In this document: positions 34,105 to 46,665 of the stretch, one piece after another
Layout: the number at the start of each line of letters is the position of its first letter
Numbering within the stretch: position 1 is the first letter of the stretch
DNA from: Neovahlkampfia damariscottae
Taxonomy: Eukaryota
Length of the DNA stretch: 64,000 nt
Direction of reading: 5' to 3'
NCBI GenBank assembly: GCA_016618085.1
Contig: JABLTG010000043.1
Coordinates: 1-64,000, forward strand
The notes under the pieces: model-generated
Seen by the model: only the letters and a program-made list of their open reading frames with translations
What the model was told of the DNA's origin: nothing
Database searches by the model: none
Translations under genes and position numbers: made by a program

Positions 34105-35441
34105 TTATGTGATTAAGTTTTGATAGTAACTTCGTTTTCTGGAACGGTGAATGAAAATCACACCTACAACTATTCCGATGATCAACAATGAAAACAGAAA
34201 TAACAAAACAATACCTCCAACTGCTCCTAATGAAGAACCAAGTATTTCCATTGTATAATCTCTAGGTACAAAAAAATATTTTAGTTTCTTTCCATTACAA
34301 GTCAATTGATCCAATGTTTGATCAATTTTCGGTAGAATGATCAAAGAATCAGCAACTGGAAAGTTCAAAACTGATTTAACAATTGCATTTCCTGTTGTTG
34401 AGAACATGTATTTTTTAGCAAAGTAATAAAGTCCAGCTGCTTTATCACAATTTGTTCCATTGTCACTTCTGTAAATGAAATAAGTACAAGAGTTGATTGG
34501 ATAACTTAAAACACCTTGAGGATTCAAAAAATCACCTACAAATCTACTATTGAATGATAGACCAGCGATATCTATTGCTGCTTTTGTCGTAGTTTCATTT
34601 GCTTGAACAAATGATCCAGATAAATTTTGAACTTCAACATTGTATTCCTCTGTATTGCAAGAACCAACTTCACTTTGCAAATATGTAATAGAATAATCAA
34701 CAATTTTCATTGTTATACTTAATTTTGAACTTGTAACTTTTCTAAAATAAGGATCATTTGCCCTAAAAATTGAGAAAAAAATTTCATTTTGTTACTGATT
34801 TGGCCAGTTCGGCAATGATGAAACTTCTGTCCATGAAGCATCGAATTTTTGTAGTGCATGTGTAAATACATCTGTTGTTCCAGATTTATCTTGTCTCACC
34901 AATCTCTGAATTGGTTGACCTGGAAAAGAAATTCCTGGATTTGTTGCTGCAATTCTTGAATCATTCCAATACTTGATAGTATTATCAAAAATTTGAACAA
35001 TTGTCTTTTGTGATAATCTCAAAAATCTTTTTTGTGCAACCAATTCAGGTATATTTGCAGCTATTGAAATAGAACCAACTTGGAAAGGTATCATTTGAAA
35101 ATTAGGTTCATTTATATAGTCAGTATCAGTTAGTAATGTTTCAGATTGAGCAAAATCATAAACATTTTTTTGAGATCTAAGATTGGATAAACCAGTTCCA
35201 GAACTTTTTTTCAATTTTTTTTTTTCAAGTTTACCCTGTTATATCATATTGAACTTTATAAGTTGATGAGATTTCGTTGAAGTTTGATGAGAGTAATGTC
35301 ATAATTTGACCCACAGCTAGTTTTTTTTCAATAAAGATGTGTTTATTTACCAGAGGAACCAGAACCATGTATGAGGATTTTTGAATTGATTAAAAGTACA
35401 AATTGAGAAAGTAAAAGTCCATACAATAAAATTTTCATCAT
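34105..35441 (-). CDS. PstS-like phosphate-binding (PBP2) protein with signal peptide and C-terminal TM helix
   Basis: IHGSGSS, TG|SGTG, YDFAQSE, IFDNTIKYWNDSRIAATNPG, VRQDKSGTTDVFT; TM near the C-terminus; three short introns. Confidence 0.8.
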
Positions 35442-35663
35442 GTTTGTTTGAGTGAAAAAATCTACTAGTCTCAGAACCAATCACGGCAAATCGGAGAATA
35501 AAAAAAGAGTTAGATCCCATTGGTCAATTATTTATTCATTATTTTCCACACTAATACGATGATGACGAAAAAGGTTCAGGTTTGATTTCTTTCCTGGTTG
35601 TCCAGATATTTTTTTCTTGAAAGATAAACTACAAATTTTTTCACACAACTTTTATTGAATTTT

Positions 35664-36451
35664 TCAAATTTTAAGTCTAGCAAAAGACTTAAATAAATTA
35701 TCATCAATAGTTCTACAAAATTCTTGAAATACAAAACTTTTCAAAAACCTAGAAAAGCTATCACCTTTCAAATTGGAATATATATTCATATAAACATCAT
35801 CAAAAAGTGTTTCATCACAAAGTGCTTCGTTTTGTAAACCATTTTGAACTTGTTGTCTTGTTGAATTTGATATATTAATTTCACATGAACTTCCAGGATG
35901 CAAATAAATTTGATAAATATTTTCAGCTTTGAAAATCCTTTGTTTTTCACAAAAAATGGTCCTGTAAGTTTCAACAGCTGTTAAAAACTTGACTTGTTCT
36001 AAAATAGAAGCAATTTTAAATTCCAAATCAACGACTTACCTTCATTTTGAATAGTCGATAAATATTTTGTAAAAAGATCTCGCAGAGCTTTTGTATGCAT
36101 AACCACATCAAAATCAAATTCATATGCATCTGTGTTGATGTATAATTTGGCTTCATGTAGAACTGTCATCCATGACTCTTTTGCAAAATCTCTTTGGCAT
36201 TGTCTTCTTTTATCGTCTTCATCACTTCCACCGGATTTTCTTTTTATTGTTGTATCTGTGTTTCTTCTCTTTGAAAAGTTGATCTCAGAATTTTGTCTTA
36301 AAATTTTTTCTGAGGTGTGTTTTCTTGTCTTTGTTGAAAGCTGATTTTTTTCATCTTTGACATTTTCTAAAATATTAGACAACCAAGAAAACTTACTTAG
36401 AAAGGATAACAAAAAAGATTTCTTTTTTGTTGTGCACTTCAAAGAATCCAT
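35664..36451 (-). CDS. RGS domain protein
   Basis: FTKYLSTIQNE|EQVKFL...IYQIYL...EINIS...LKGDSFSRFLKS; intron 35999-36039. Confidence 0.85.
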
Positions 36452-37332
36452 GTATCTGCGCAATTTGCCTCCAATTGGTTAAAGTCCGAACTCTTTTTTT
36501 ATTGGTGGTGAAAATGATGGACATCGATCAAAAAAAGTAAAAGAAAAAACTCGCTTCCAAAATACTCGTTTCATAAGTACTCTTGACATCAACATCTTTT
36601 TACTTTTTCCAAGAATCTGATTGGATTTCAATTTTTTTTTTTCATCCACACACATCAGTGATATTGACATCAAGATCAAACATGAAATTGACATTAAATT
36701 TGTACCAGAGAAATTAACTGATGGAGAGTTTCCTTTAGAAATCAATAATGAACTTTAAAGAAAATGTCAAATTTCTGTTCTGTTTTTTTGGTTGAAACAA
36801 ATAGATTCACTTGTTCATTTCAAATGTAGAATATTTCAAAGTCAAAAACATAATCTTTTAGTATCTCTTCTTAAGTTGATTCCTTTACTTTTGATCCTCC
36901 TGAATCTTTTCTTTCATTAACAAAAAATGAAAAAATAAAGATTTCCAGGAAGAAAATGGAAAAGGAACAAGAATTCACGTTGAAGCAATCGATGAAGGAA
37001 TTATACAAAAACTCACAAAATATTCGAGGTATGGAAAAGAAAAATGAGTAAATTATTGATGATTTGATGGTTCAATATCAATTTGGCTAATCAGAACAAT
37101 TAGATTTCCAATTGAATCCAAAATTGTGGAAACATTTTACCAGATTTGGAATATTTTTTTTTCGGATAAACAAGAGCAATATTTTCCCAAAGGTTCCAAG
37201 AATTTAAGGTTTAGCTCAAATTTTCAACATTTTTTTGATCCGATCAAGAAACAGGAATAAATAATACCAAATTTGACAAAGTCTCAACCAATAGGATGCT
37301 CCATCAGCAATTGCTCATAAAAACAACACTTA

Positions 37333-37744
37333 ATGAACAAATATTCTAAAACAGAACTTGAAAAGCATTTTTGCTTTCCAAAGGCATATGCCGCAACGTT
37401 GCTAGGTATTTCCATAACCGAGCTAACCAAACTTTGTAAAGAATATGGTATGTATTCATTTTACTCATGTCATTTCACAACTAGGTATTGAAAGGTGGCC
37501 TTATCACCATCGGAGTAACTATTTAAGCGATGAACCAACTCCATTCACAAAGTTTTCCATCGACAAAAAACGAAATGAATCTGTACAGTTAAAAAAATCA
37601 AACAAAGGAGAGTTGAACTATATTCTGGATAAAAAGAGTGACAAAACAATTTCAAATTTTGTTTATTCTTTTGAGTTCACAGAAGCAATTCACCACAAGA
37701 ATCAAAAAGAAACAGAAAACGAGAAAGAAATTGAAAAAAAATAA
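37333..37744 (+). CDS. Small RWP-RK domain protein (copy 3)
   Basis: LEKHFCFPKAYAATLLGISITELTKLCKEYG|IERWPYH; intron 37448-37484. Confidence 0.85.
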
Positions 37745-38268
37745 AAACCTTAATTTAATGTAAAAAGTTGGTTCAGGATCTCAAAGTTCAAATTTAACAC
37801 CTTCTCCAGGAAGAACTGAATGAACCAATAAAAATAAATTATTGAATAAATAAATTAAATCCTCCAATTAAAATAAATAACTTCTCCCGGAAGAATGTTC
37901 AAATTTGATATTTTCATTCTATTTTCAATTGAATACAGTCTAAAAATTTCGACAACTCTTCAAAAATTGTATTTTGAATTTTTAAAGAGTTGAAAAAATT
38001 TGTGGAACATCATCTTGCTGATTCAAGGTTCTTTTTTTCAGTTCTGTGTATTTTTTTCGATAACTACTTATGGGTGGTGATGAAAAGTTATTTTGTCTTT
38101 GTGATGATGTTCGATTCAAATTGGAAGCATTATAATTGGACAAAAATAGAGCTACAAAAAAGAAATAACAATCATATTTTGAAATAAAATATCTAAAAAC
38201 ATCATATTTTATTTTTTGGATAAAAAATATCCATCTGATTGGCCAATTGGACAAAACAAGTTTCTCAA

Positions 38269-40189
38269 ATGGCCAAATCGAAATGCACTATTTTGTTTCT
38301 TCTACTCATGCTGTTGACATTAATTGAGACAAAAACGTGTTACTTGGTAGGAAACAACTATGTTACGTTCAAGAATACAAGTTCAAGTTTTCTGTTTGAA
38401 AACAGGCTTGAAAAGTAAATTCCATTCATTTTTTTTTTAATTCTCCGAGTTGCTTAACTGGTTGGTGCAGCTTTTCTTTTTCAAAAAATAGTTCAATTCA
38501 AGGAAGTAACTCACTATTTATTATATTTGTCCACCAAAATCAGCTGAAAACGTTGATGTTTCCAAAACATGGAAATTGCTTTCACAATGAAACAACAGAA
38601 GTTCCTAATGCATACAAAGTGAATCCATATTGGGAAATGACAAACATAAACACAGTTTTCTTGAATGTTTCTCGGGAACTTTTGTCCAATGGGATGCACC
38701 AGCTCATATTTGCGTCAAACAAAAACCAAAGACCTCAGTTAACAAAAAATGATGAATGGATTCTACTTAAACATGATTTTGTTGATATTAGACATTTACA
38801 AAATGGTAAAAAAAAAATCGTGTTAATTCCTTTGAAGAGCAAAGTTATTGTTTTGAAGCACCAATATTTCCTTCATCATTAGAACAGACCAATTATATAA
38901 TTCTCATTATTTTGTCGATATTTTACGTGATGCTCATTTTTTTGACTGTTTATTTCAGAAATGATCAGCCATTGAAATCCAGAGGTATTTTTCCTTTGAT
39001 GTCAGTTCTTTTTGGATTTTGGACATTAATACATTACGGACTTTTTCATATCGAATCATTAGAATGGAGAGAAACTTATTTTTGTTATGTAGAAGCTATT
39101 GGTTATCTTCCATCAAACGCCGCGGAATTTTTTGTGTTCTCAATGTACTGCCTAAGAGTCGTTTTGATATTAACACTGAACAACAACAAGAATTATATTA
39201 GAAATCAAGATGGGAAACTGTCATTTTTAGTGAAAATGATTTTCATATTGAAGTATCTGACATCAGATTTTTTTATGCTGATCATCACTGTAATTTTGTA
39301 CATTTTCACTATTTTCCGAATATTTGCATTTCACTTTGCCATTGCTGGACTAAATGATTGCCGAAAGAACCCAATTTACATCCCAGATTTTGTTTATATT
39401 GCTGCAGTTTTTGCAATTATCCTTGTTTATATTTTAGATTTTTTTTTGATGCTGAAGCAGTTGATAAGTTGTAAATTACGAAATCTTTGTTGTACCAATG
39501 ATCCATTTTATTTCAGAAGTCAACAATGGATTGTAGGGAGTTTTGTTGCCCTATTTGCTGTACTTGCCTCTAGTTATTTTCTAGTCATAGTTTTTCTACT
39601 TGATTCAATTAGTCATGATATTCAGTATAGTTCTTTACAACATAAAATGTATTTGATTCTTCAATTCATTTTTTCATCATTTTTTTATGTTTCAATTTTT
39701 TATTTTGATGGATATGTTTTATCAATCACAATCATACAGAAAATTTTCAGTCGATGTAAGAAGGAAAAGAAAGAGGATGAATCAGGATCATTGAGAACTG
39801 CTTTACTCAAAACTCTTCGTGATGAAGAGATGACAAAAGGATTCAAAAAATTTGCTGATTCTGAATGGTCATCTGAGAATTATTTGATGTATTTTGATAT
39901 TGAAATGTTTCGAAATATGAAAAATTTAGAAGATCAAAAAGAATTCGCTCAACAAATCTACAATACTTATTTAAATGGTCAAAGTGCCCCACTAGAAGTG
40001 AATATCGTTCAAAATTTGTCAACAAATTTGAGAAATAGAATGGAAAATGAGAAATATGATTCAAGAATGTTTAATTCAATTCAAGATGAATTGGTGAAAA
40101 ATTTATTAGACACTTTTTCTAGATTTGCAATGACAAGTTGGTATTTGAATCATGAAGAAACAAAAGAATTGATTGAAAATCAATTGTAG
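38269..40189 (+). CDS. 7TM-RGS protein with N-terminal extracellular region, multi-exon
   Basis: Signal-like MAKSKCTILFLLLMLL, QPLKSRG, about 7 hydrophobic helices, RGS FADSEWSSENYL...LEVNI...LLDTFSRF. Confidence 0.8.
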
Positions 40190-40351
40190 GAGAATCTCCA
40201 AAATACATTTTTAATTCATTGATGAACGGAAAATAATTGATTGTCCAATAGACTCCATTTTGTTTTTGTTTAATGTTTGGATGAAGAAATTGTTCTTGAA
40301 TCAGAACAGTATGATCCTTATTCACTGGCATATTGTCGGCAGTACGATTAA

Positions 40352-40677
40352 AATGAAATTATTGCAATGACAGCTGTCAAGAATCATGGTTGTTCAATTC
40401 AATTTGCTTTTAAGGAATCCAAAGACAATGAAATATTCATGGAAGAAGCGGTAAATAATTGTGGGCTGACAATTAGATACCTTCGAGAAGATTGAGTAAT
40501 GATGAAAAATTGGTCATTTTTGCTCTTGGAAACAATCCAGAGGCAATCTCATTGTTAAATAATGAAATGAGAAATAATGAAAAAATTAGAGAGTATGCTG
40601 AAAGGTACATTGACAAAAAAGCAATAAGATTTGAGTGTTTTAATATTCAATTTCTTTTCCATGAAGTTTTTATTTAG
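40352..40677 (+). pseudogene. DUF4116-type repeat gene fragment, frameshifted
   Basis: AMTAVKNHGCSIQFA, EEAVNNCGLTIRY, FALGNNPEAISLL repeats; frame change near 40492. Confidence 0.6.
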
Positions 40678-40708
40678 CGAAAGTTCTTCTATTGGTCCAC
40701 CTCATCAC

Positions 40709-41023
40709 ATGCAACATCATACAGTACCTCATCCTGCTTTAATGTATCAATATGACAAATTGAAGGAACCTAGTTTTGCTTTCAAGAAGTTTTTCTCATC
40801 GTTTAAAAGACTCTCTACAGTTATTGTAATTTTAATTATTGTTGTGATGATTTTAATGTTTTTGATGATTTACGCAATAGAATTTAATTTAATCAAAGAT
40901 AAAGAAAATCAAAAAATACCTTATACACATGAAGTCTATGACAAAATTGGCAATCCAATTCAAACACTACCAAAACATGTACAAAACAGAGGAGGAAAAA
41001 AAGAATACTTATTAGAGAATTGA
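40709..41023 (+). CDS. Small single-pass membrane protein
   Basis: One long hydrophobic helix; start uncertain. Confidence 0.4.
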   Translation: MQHHTVPHPALMYQYDKLKEPSFAFKKFFSSFKRLSTVIVILIIVVMILMFLMIYAIEFNLIKDKENQKIPYTHEVYDKIGNPIQTLPKHVQNRGGKKEYLLEN

Positions 41024-41128
41024 TTAAAGATGAATAAAATTCATTATCAAGCGACTTTTTAAAACAAAACTGAATCTTTTCATCAACAAATTTTTTTTTT
41101 TTTTTTTTCTTGACAAAAGAAAAAAAAT

Positions 41129-41488
41129 TTATTGAGCTTTTTGATCACAGTAAGCGCCTTGGTATCCTGGGTTGCATGTACAACTTCCAGTTGAGCATTT
41201 TCCTCCAGTCATGAAACATCTACCAAGTCCACATGACATGTAAGCACATGAAGGACCAACAATATTTTGAGAACCACATTTACAACGAAATCCTGGAGTT
41301 TCACAAATACCTCCAAAAGCAGAACAGAAATTTTCACCACATTTTTTTAGTGAACAATCAAAACCTCCAAAACCACTTGGACAAATGCACTCTTTGCCTG
41401 AACATTCACCTCTATTAAAACAAGGGTGAACACATTGAGCTGAACCAAGAGCAACAATGACCAAAACAACAAGAAAAATGAGCTTCAT
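41129..41488 (-). CDS. Secreted protein with three EGF-like repeats
   Basis: Signal peptide; CFNRGEC...CICPSGFGGFDC and two further repeats. Confidence 0.88.
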   Translation of the reverse strand: MKLIFLVVLVIVALGSAQCVHPCFNRGECSGKECICPSGFGGFDCSLKKCGENFCSAFGGICETPGFRCKCGSQNIVGPSCAYMSCGLGRCFMTGGKCSTGSCTCNPGYQGAYCDQKAQ

Positions 41489-41659
41489 GTTTTTATTTGA
41501 TTGGTTAAAGAAATCTGAAGGATTAAAGAGAAATGGAATTACTCGTACAAAAATACTGTGTTGTTCAAATCTACTATTTTTAAATCAATTCCGAACACTG
41601 GTCATTTATTGGACAAATTCTCGGAATTTTTTTTTGAAACAAACACATCAACAACAAAC

Positions 41660-44600
41660 ATGTTTTTTGGTGGAAGTTCAACTAAAGTTAGTTTAAAAGG
41701 ATCAAATGATAAAGATTCATCCAGAGAAGATTTACTTGCCAATTTAAAAAGAAAACGAGAAGAATCAAAAAATCTCAAAGAAAAAAATAATGCAGCAAAG
41801 AAAATACAACATATTTTCATGAAATTAAAAATGAAAAAACAATTTAAAGAAAAAATTAGACAAGAATATGATCAATTCAACTCAAAAAGTAAATAAAAAA
41901 AAATGTTAATTTTTAAAGTGACCACCAAATCATTGAATGCTCATTTAGATCAACTACTTTACTTTTTTAATATAAAAAAAGACTATGGAAGATTTTTAAA
42001 TTTTTCAAAATTATTGTTGGTTCACTTACACAAAACCGAAAAAAATGATGAAAAATTCTTTGAAGTCTCAACGATTTATCAACGATTAAAGTATGAAAAA
42101 TTGATAAATTTGTTGTTTAAAAACTTGAAAATGTTTGTTCCTATTTTGATAAACTCTAATCTTTCTATTTTAGTTGTTTTGAAAAAAATGAAAAAAATAG
42201 AAACCAAGAATATTTCTTAAATTTAATATTTTTATTGATTTCAGAAGAATCATTCAAAAATAAGACATTTTATTATGATTCATTGATTAAATTTACAAAA
42301 GAAGAAAATATTTTTAAAACATTGAAACAAATCATTTTAAAGGATAATTTGAGAATTTGTTGGACTATTTTACAAAGATTATTAATCAAAGATGAAAAAA
42401 ATATGAATTTCTTTTTTCAATTTTTCACAATCGAAGATTTATCCAATAAGATTGATGATGGAATATTTAACATCAATTTTATTGTTGATTTAAAAGATGA
42501 AGAAAAAGATGAATTCAAGAATTCATTCAAGAAAATAAATAGAAATGAAAAATTAAATTTATTTGTCAATTTAGTTTCTCAAATGGTTTCGAATGTTGAG
42601 GTGAAATCAAAATTGAAACATTTAAAAGTTTTACACTTTCTCTTTGAAAATTTCAACGAAACAGAAGAATTTTATAAAAAAAATGAAAAGAAATTTCATC
42701 AAATTTTAACAAAGAATAATTTAATCAAATACCTCATTTCAACTGTGAAAATTTCACATACTGAAAATGAAGAATTATCATTGGATGAACAATTCGAATA
42801 TATCTCAAACTTTTGTCAACTAATATCAGTTTTTTTTGAAAAATTCAATGAGGAATTAAAAAGAATATTAATTAATCAAATTGTCAAAGAAAAAAATTTC
42901 CTCAAAATTTTATGGAATGAAATTGATTCTCACTCAAAGTTTTGGGACAATGAAAAAATAATCAATTCACCATTTTCAGAAATGATCAATATTTTTTCAA
43001 TTTTTTTCAAACACAATTTATTATTTTTAGATGACAATGAATTCAAAAAAATCAAAGAACCGTTCAAATTGGACGAGATCAAAATAATTTCAAAAAAGTT
43101 AAACGTAAGTCATTCCTGGAATCAATTAATTTTTAAAGAATCTATTATTCAAATTATATTGGAACTCAAACATGAAGAATATCTATTTGAGAGAGAATTT
43201 AACTCAATTGATTAAAATGATCAATTCCAGAGAGTAACAATCCTCATTGAAAAATTCTAATTTTTTGAAACTTAGTTCAAGGATAAAATTCTGTCCAAAG
43301 GATCATTGGTTAGTTGAAGAAGGTGAAAAGATTAATTTTTCACTGGTTCAAGGTACTATTTTGATCAATCAACAAGAGAATCTATTCTCCAATGATAATG
43401 AGTCAAATGTTGTTTCCATGTTAGAAAGATGGGATTATTTTGAAACTCCATCATTTGAAGAAAGTTTAAAACATAGAATGATTGAAAAATCAAAAAATAG
43501 AACAATCTATCTTAGTGAAAAGGAAGAAAGGATTAAATTAATTTTGAAGAATATTCCTTTTGTCATTTCATTCGAAACTAGATTGAATTTGTTTCAAAAT
43601 TTCATTCAAAAACTTCACAATGAGTAATATTATCATTATTTTAACTCGATTTTAGTCATAGTATGACTTTTCTTCCTCCTGTCACTGTTCGAAGAAATTT
43701 CATTTTTGAAGATGGATTTTCATCATTATTCAAATTAGATTTGAAAAATAATATTAATGTACAATTTAAAAATGATCAAGGATTAATGGAAAGTGGAATT
43801 GGATTTGGTGTATTCAAAGAATTCGTCACAGAGTAATTTCAAATTTTTCTCACCCTTTTTAGAATCAGTAAAAATGCATTTGGATCAAATTATGGATTAT
43901 TCACATTCACAGAAGATAATTTAATATACCCAAATCCTTCTGCTAAATTTTTTGTTGAAAACTATTCAAACTATTTTGAGTTCCTGGGAAAAATTTTAGG
44001 AAAATCAATGTATGAAAAAATACTTGTTGATATTCCATTTGCAAGATTTTTTATCTCAAAAGTATGTTTTATTAATCACTAATTAATGTAGATTTTATGT
44101 AAAAATAACCTATTTAATGACTTACCTTATCTTGATCCTGACTTGCACAAAAATTTAACAATTTTAAAAAATTATGATCAAGATGTCAAAGATTTAAGTT
44201 TAGATTTCACGATTTCTGACAATTATTTTGGAAAATTAATCGAAAAAGATTTAATTCCAAGTAAGTTTTTGAAGTTTTATTAATACATTTTAGATGGTTC
44301 TAATATTGAAGTTACCAATGAAAACAAATTCTTATATATCCATAAAATGACAAATTTTAGATTAAATTTACAAATCCAAGAAGAATCCAATGCATGTTTA
44401 AAAGGAATTAATTCAATTATACCATTTGAATGGTTACAATTATTTGACGAAAATGAGTTATTTTACATTATCTGTGGAAGTGAACAAAGCATTGATATTT
44501 TCGATTTTCAAAATAATATCGAATTAGATGGTTATTCAAAAAATGATATTACTATAAAGTACTTTTTCGAATTAGTTTCAGAAATGACAAATGAAGAATT

Positions 44601-44832
44601 GAAATCTCTTTTGAAATTTATCACATCATCTTCAAGAGCTCCTTTACTTGGTTTTAAAGATTTAAATCCAAAAATATGTATCAAAAAAACTACAGATTAT
44701 GATTTGGAAAGATTACCAACTGCATCAACTTGTATCAATTTATTGAAATTACCAGATTACAAATCTAAATTAATATTGAAAAAGAAGTTATTCCAAGCAA
44801 TTGAAAATGGAACTACTTTTGAATTGTCATAA
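41660..44832 (+). CDS. HECT E3 ubiquitin ligase (UBE3B/UBE3C-like), multi-exon
   Basis: MFFGG start with IQ-like AAKKIQ, NIPFVISFETR, VRRNFIFEDGF, YPNP, FEFLGKILGK, RLPTASTCINLLKLPDY, FELS*. Confidence 0.92.
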
Positions 44833-44836
44833 AAAT

Positions 44837-45520
44837 TTATTTTGCATTTTTTTTGATTTCATAAGCTTGTTTGAAGAAATCACCTAAACTTGTTTTATTT
44901 GGAGTTCCGATCCAATGAGGTGGTAATGATGCTTTGACTGATGGTCTTTCAACCATTGAATTGACATATTTATCTAAATTCTTGTATGATGAAAAATCAA
45001 CACCCATTCTCCACATAAAACCAAGAGTTGGAAAGATTACAACATCAACTAATGAAAATGAACTTCCACATAAGAATCCATCTTTTGATTTTTCATCTAA
45101 AAGACTGAGCCATTTATGCATCGTGTCAAGTTCTTCAAAGAGCTCTTTTTGATCCCATTTGTCAGCAGGTAATCCAAAGATATTTCTGTTTGTTTTAAAG
45201 TTGGAAGTCCAATCATGAATGGTTGTCAATTGTTGAGCTAATTCTTCATCTTTTTCACTTGTCAATTTTGAATCTTTGAATTTTCTTTCAAAATAATCAA
45301 TGATTGCCATTGATTCATAAATAACTGTTCCATTATGTACAACAGTTGGACACTTTCCATTTGGGTTGAGCTTTAAATATTCTGGTGTCTTGTTTTCACC
45401 TTTGGATCCTTCTAAATATTTAGTTTCATATTTGATTCCTCTTTCTTCAAGGTAGACTAATACTCTCCATACATATGGTGAACCTGATAAGCAATATACT
45501 GTAATGTTGTCTTGAGACAT
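44837..45520 (-). CDS. Glutathione S-transferase
   Basis: SGSPYVWRV, LNPNGKCPTV, IYESMAIIDY, FSLVDV. Confidence 0.92.
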   Translation of the reverse strand: MSQDNITVYCLSGSPYVWRVLVYLEERGIKYETKYLEGSKGENKTPEYLKLNPNGKCPTVVHNGTVIYESMAIIDYFERKFKDSKLTSEKDEELAQQLTTIHDWTSNFKTNRNIFGLPADKWDQKELFEELDTMHKWLSLLDEKSKDGFLCGSSFSLVDVVIFPTLGFMWRMGVDFSSYKNLDKYVNSMVERPSVKASLPPHWIGTPNKTSLGDFFKQAYEIKKNAK

Positions 45521-45781
45521 TTTTTTTCTTCGGAGTTGTGCAATTCTGATTGGTAGACTCGATTCCATTTTATACACCATTGTTTTCAGAAATTAATTTT
45601 TTTCTGAAAACACAAAACAACATCAATTCCTAAATGTAGTAAATGTTTTAGGGAACTTTTATCTTCTTTTTTAGATTTGCGATCAAAAAAGGTAATTCTA
45701 AAACCCCAAATTTATATTGATGACCAATCATCTTCTATTTGCACAACCAACCCTTTTCGCAGTTTTAAAAAAGAACTTTTG

Positions 45782-46124
45782 ATGGAAACAATAGACCTAA
45801 ACACCTTACTAAGCTACACCAAGTATCCAAAGAATATTGCTGCTTCCTTGCTGGGTATGACCATGGATGAATTGACAGAACATTGCAGAAGAAACGGTAT
45901 GCATTTTCATTACTAAACACCTTTGAAAAGCTATAAAAAGATGGCCTTATCACTCAACAAAGGAAAATCAGTTCATATTCAAGCAAACTCCTTTCTCCGA
46001 TTTCCAGCTGGAAAAGAATACAAAAGAGAAACAGGAATTAAAATTCACAAATGTCTTCACAATTGAAACTAAAAAGTTTTCAAAAAATCCAAAAGGTGAC
46101 ATTTCTTTCATACTGGACAATTAA
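45782..46124 (+). CDS. Small RWP-RK domain protein (copy 4)
   Basis: LLSYTKYPKNIAASLLGMTMDELTEHCRRN|AIKRWPYH...TPFSDFQL...KGDISFILDN*; intron 45897-45930. Confidence 0.85.
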
Positions 46125-46340
46125 TTTATTGAATTTGAACTAAATAAAAGAATTTATTTCAGCTAAAGTTCTCAAAATAGTGTTTACGTTGTGGTTCTTT
46201 TGTGTAAGTGGAAAACAGATGTTCGAGGAATGATTTTTTTTTTTTTAAATTCTGCCTTGCCTCATTTGGATATTTTGACCTCCATTTATGACATTATCCA
46301 ATGAATTGACCACAATTCTTCAACGTCCAACAAAACAGAA

Positions 46341-46596
46341 ATGGAAAACGTTGACTTCAACACATTTATATAGCTGCTTCATTTCTAGGGTTGACAATGG
46401 AGGAAATCACACACTACTTCATCTTCATTTACATTTTCCAGCAATAAAAAGATGGCCATATCATTCCACGAAGGAAAATCAAATTATATACAAAGAAACA
46501 CCTTTTTCTAATTTCCAACTTCAAAAGAAAACTAAGAACATAGATATACATCACAAAAATTTATCAAATATTACCTTTTTTTTCAAACTCTTGTGA
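46341..46596 (+). pseudogene. RWP-RK pseudogene (copy 5, tandem duplicate of copy 4)
   Basis: MENVDFNTF then a deletion/frameshift, AASFLGLTMEEITH, no GT donor, AIKRWPYHSTKENQ nearly identical to copy 4. Confidence 0.75.
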
Positions 46597-46665
46597 ATAG
46601 ATATAAGTCCCTTGTTTTCTGGTTTATTTTTCTTTCTTGTTTACCATATTTGGGTAAATTAATAT

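Noticed and set aside
37790..37910. Duplicated CTTCTCC(A/C)GGAAGAA and GTTCAAATTT motifs as a MITE or regulatory element
   Set aside because: Too short, with no TIR/TSD structure; function cannot be supported.
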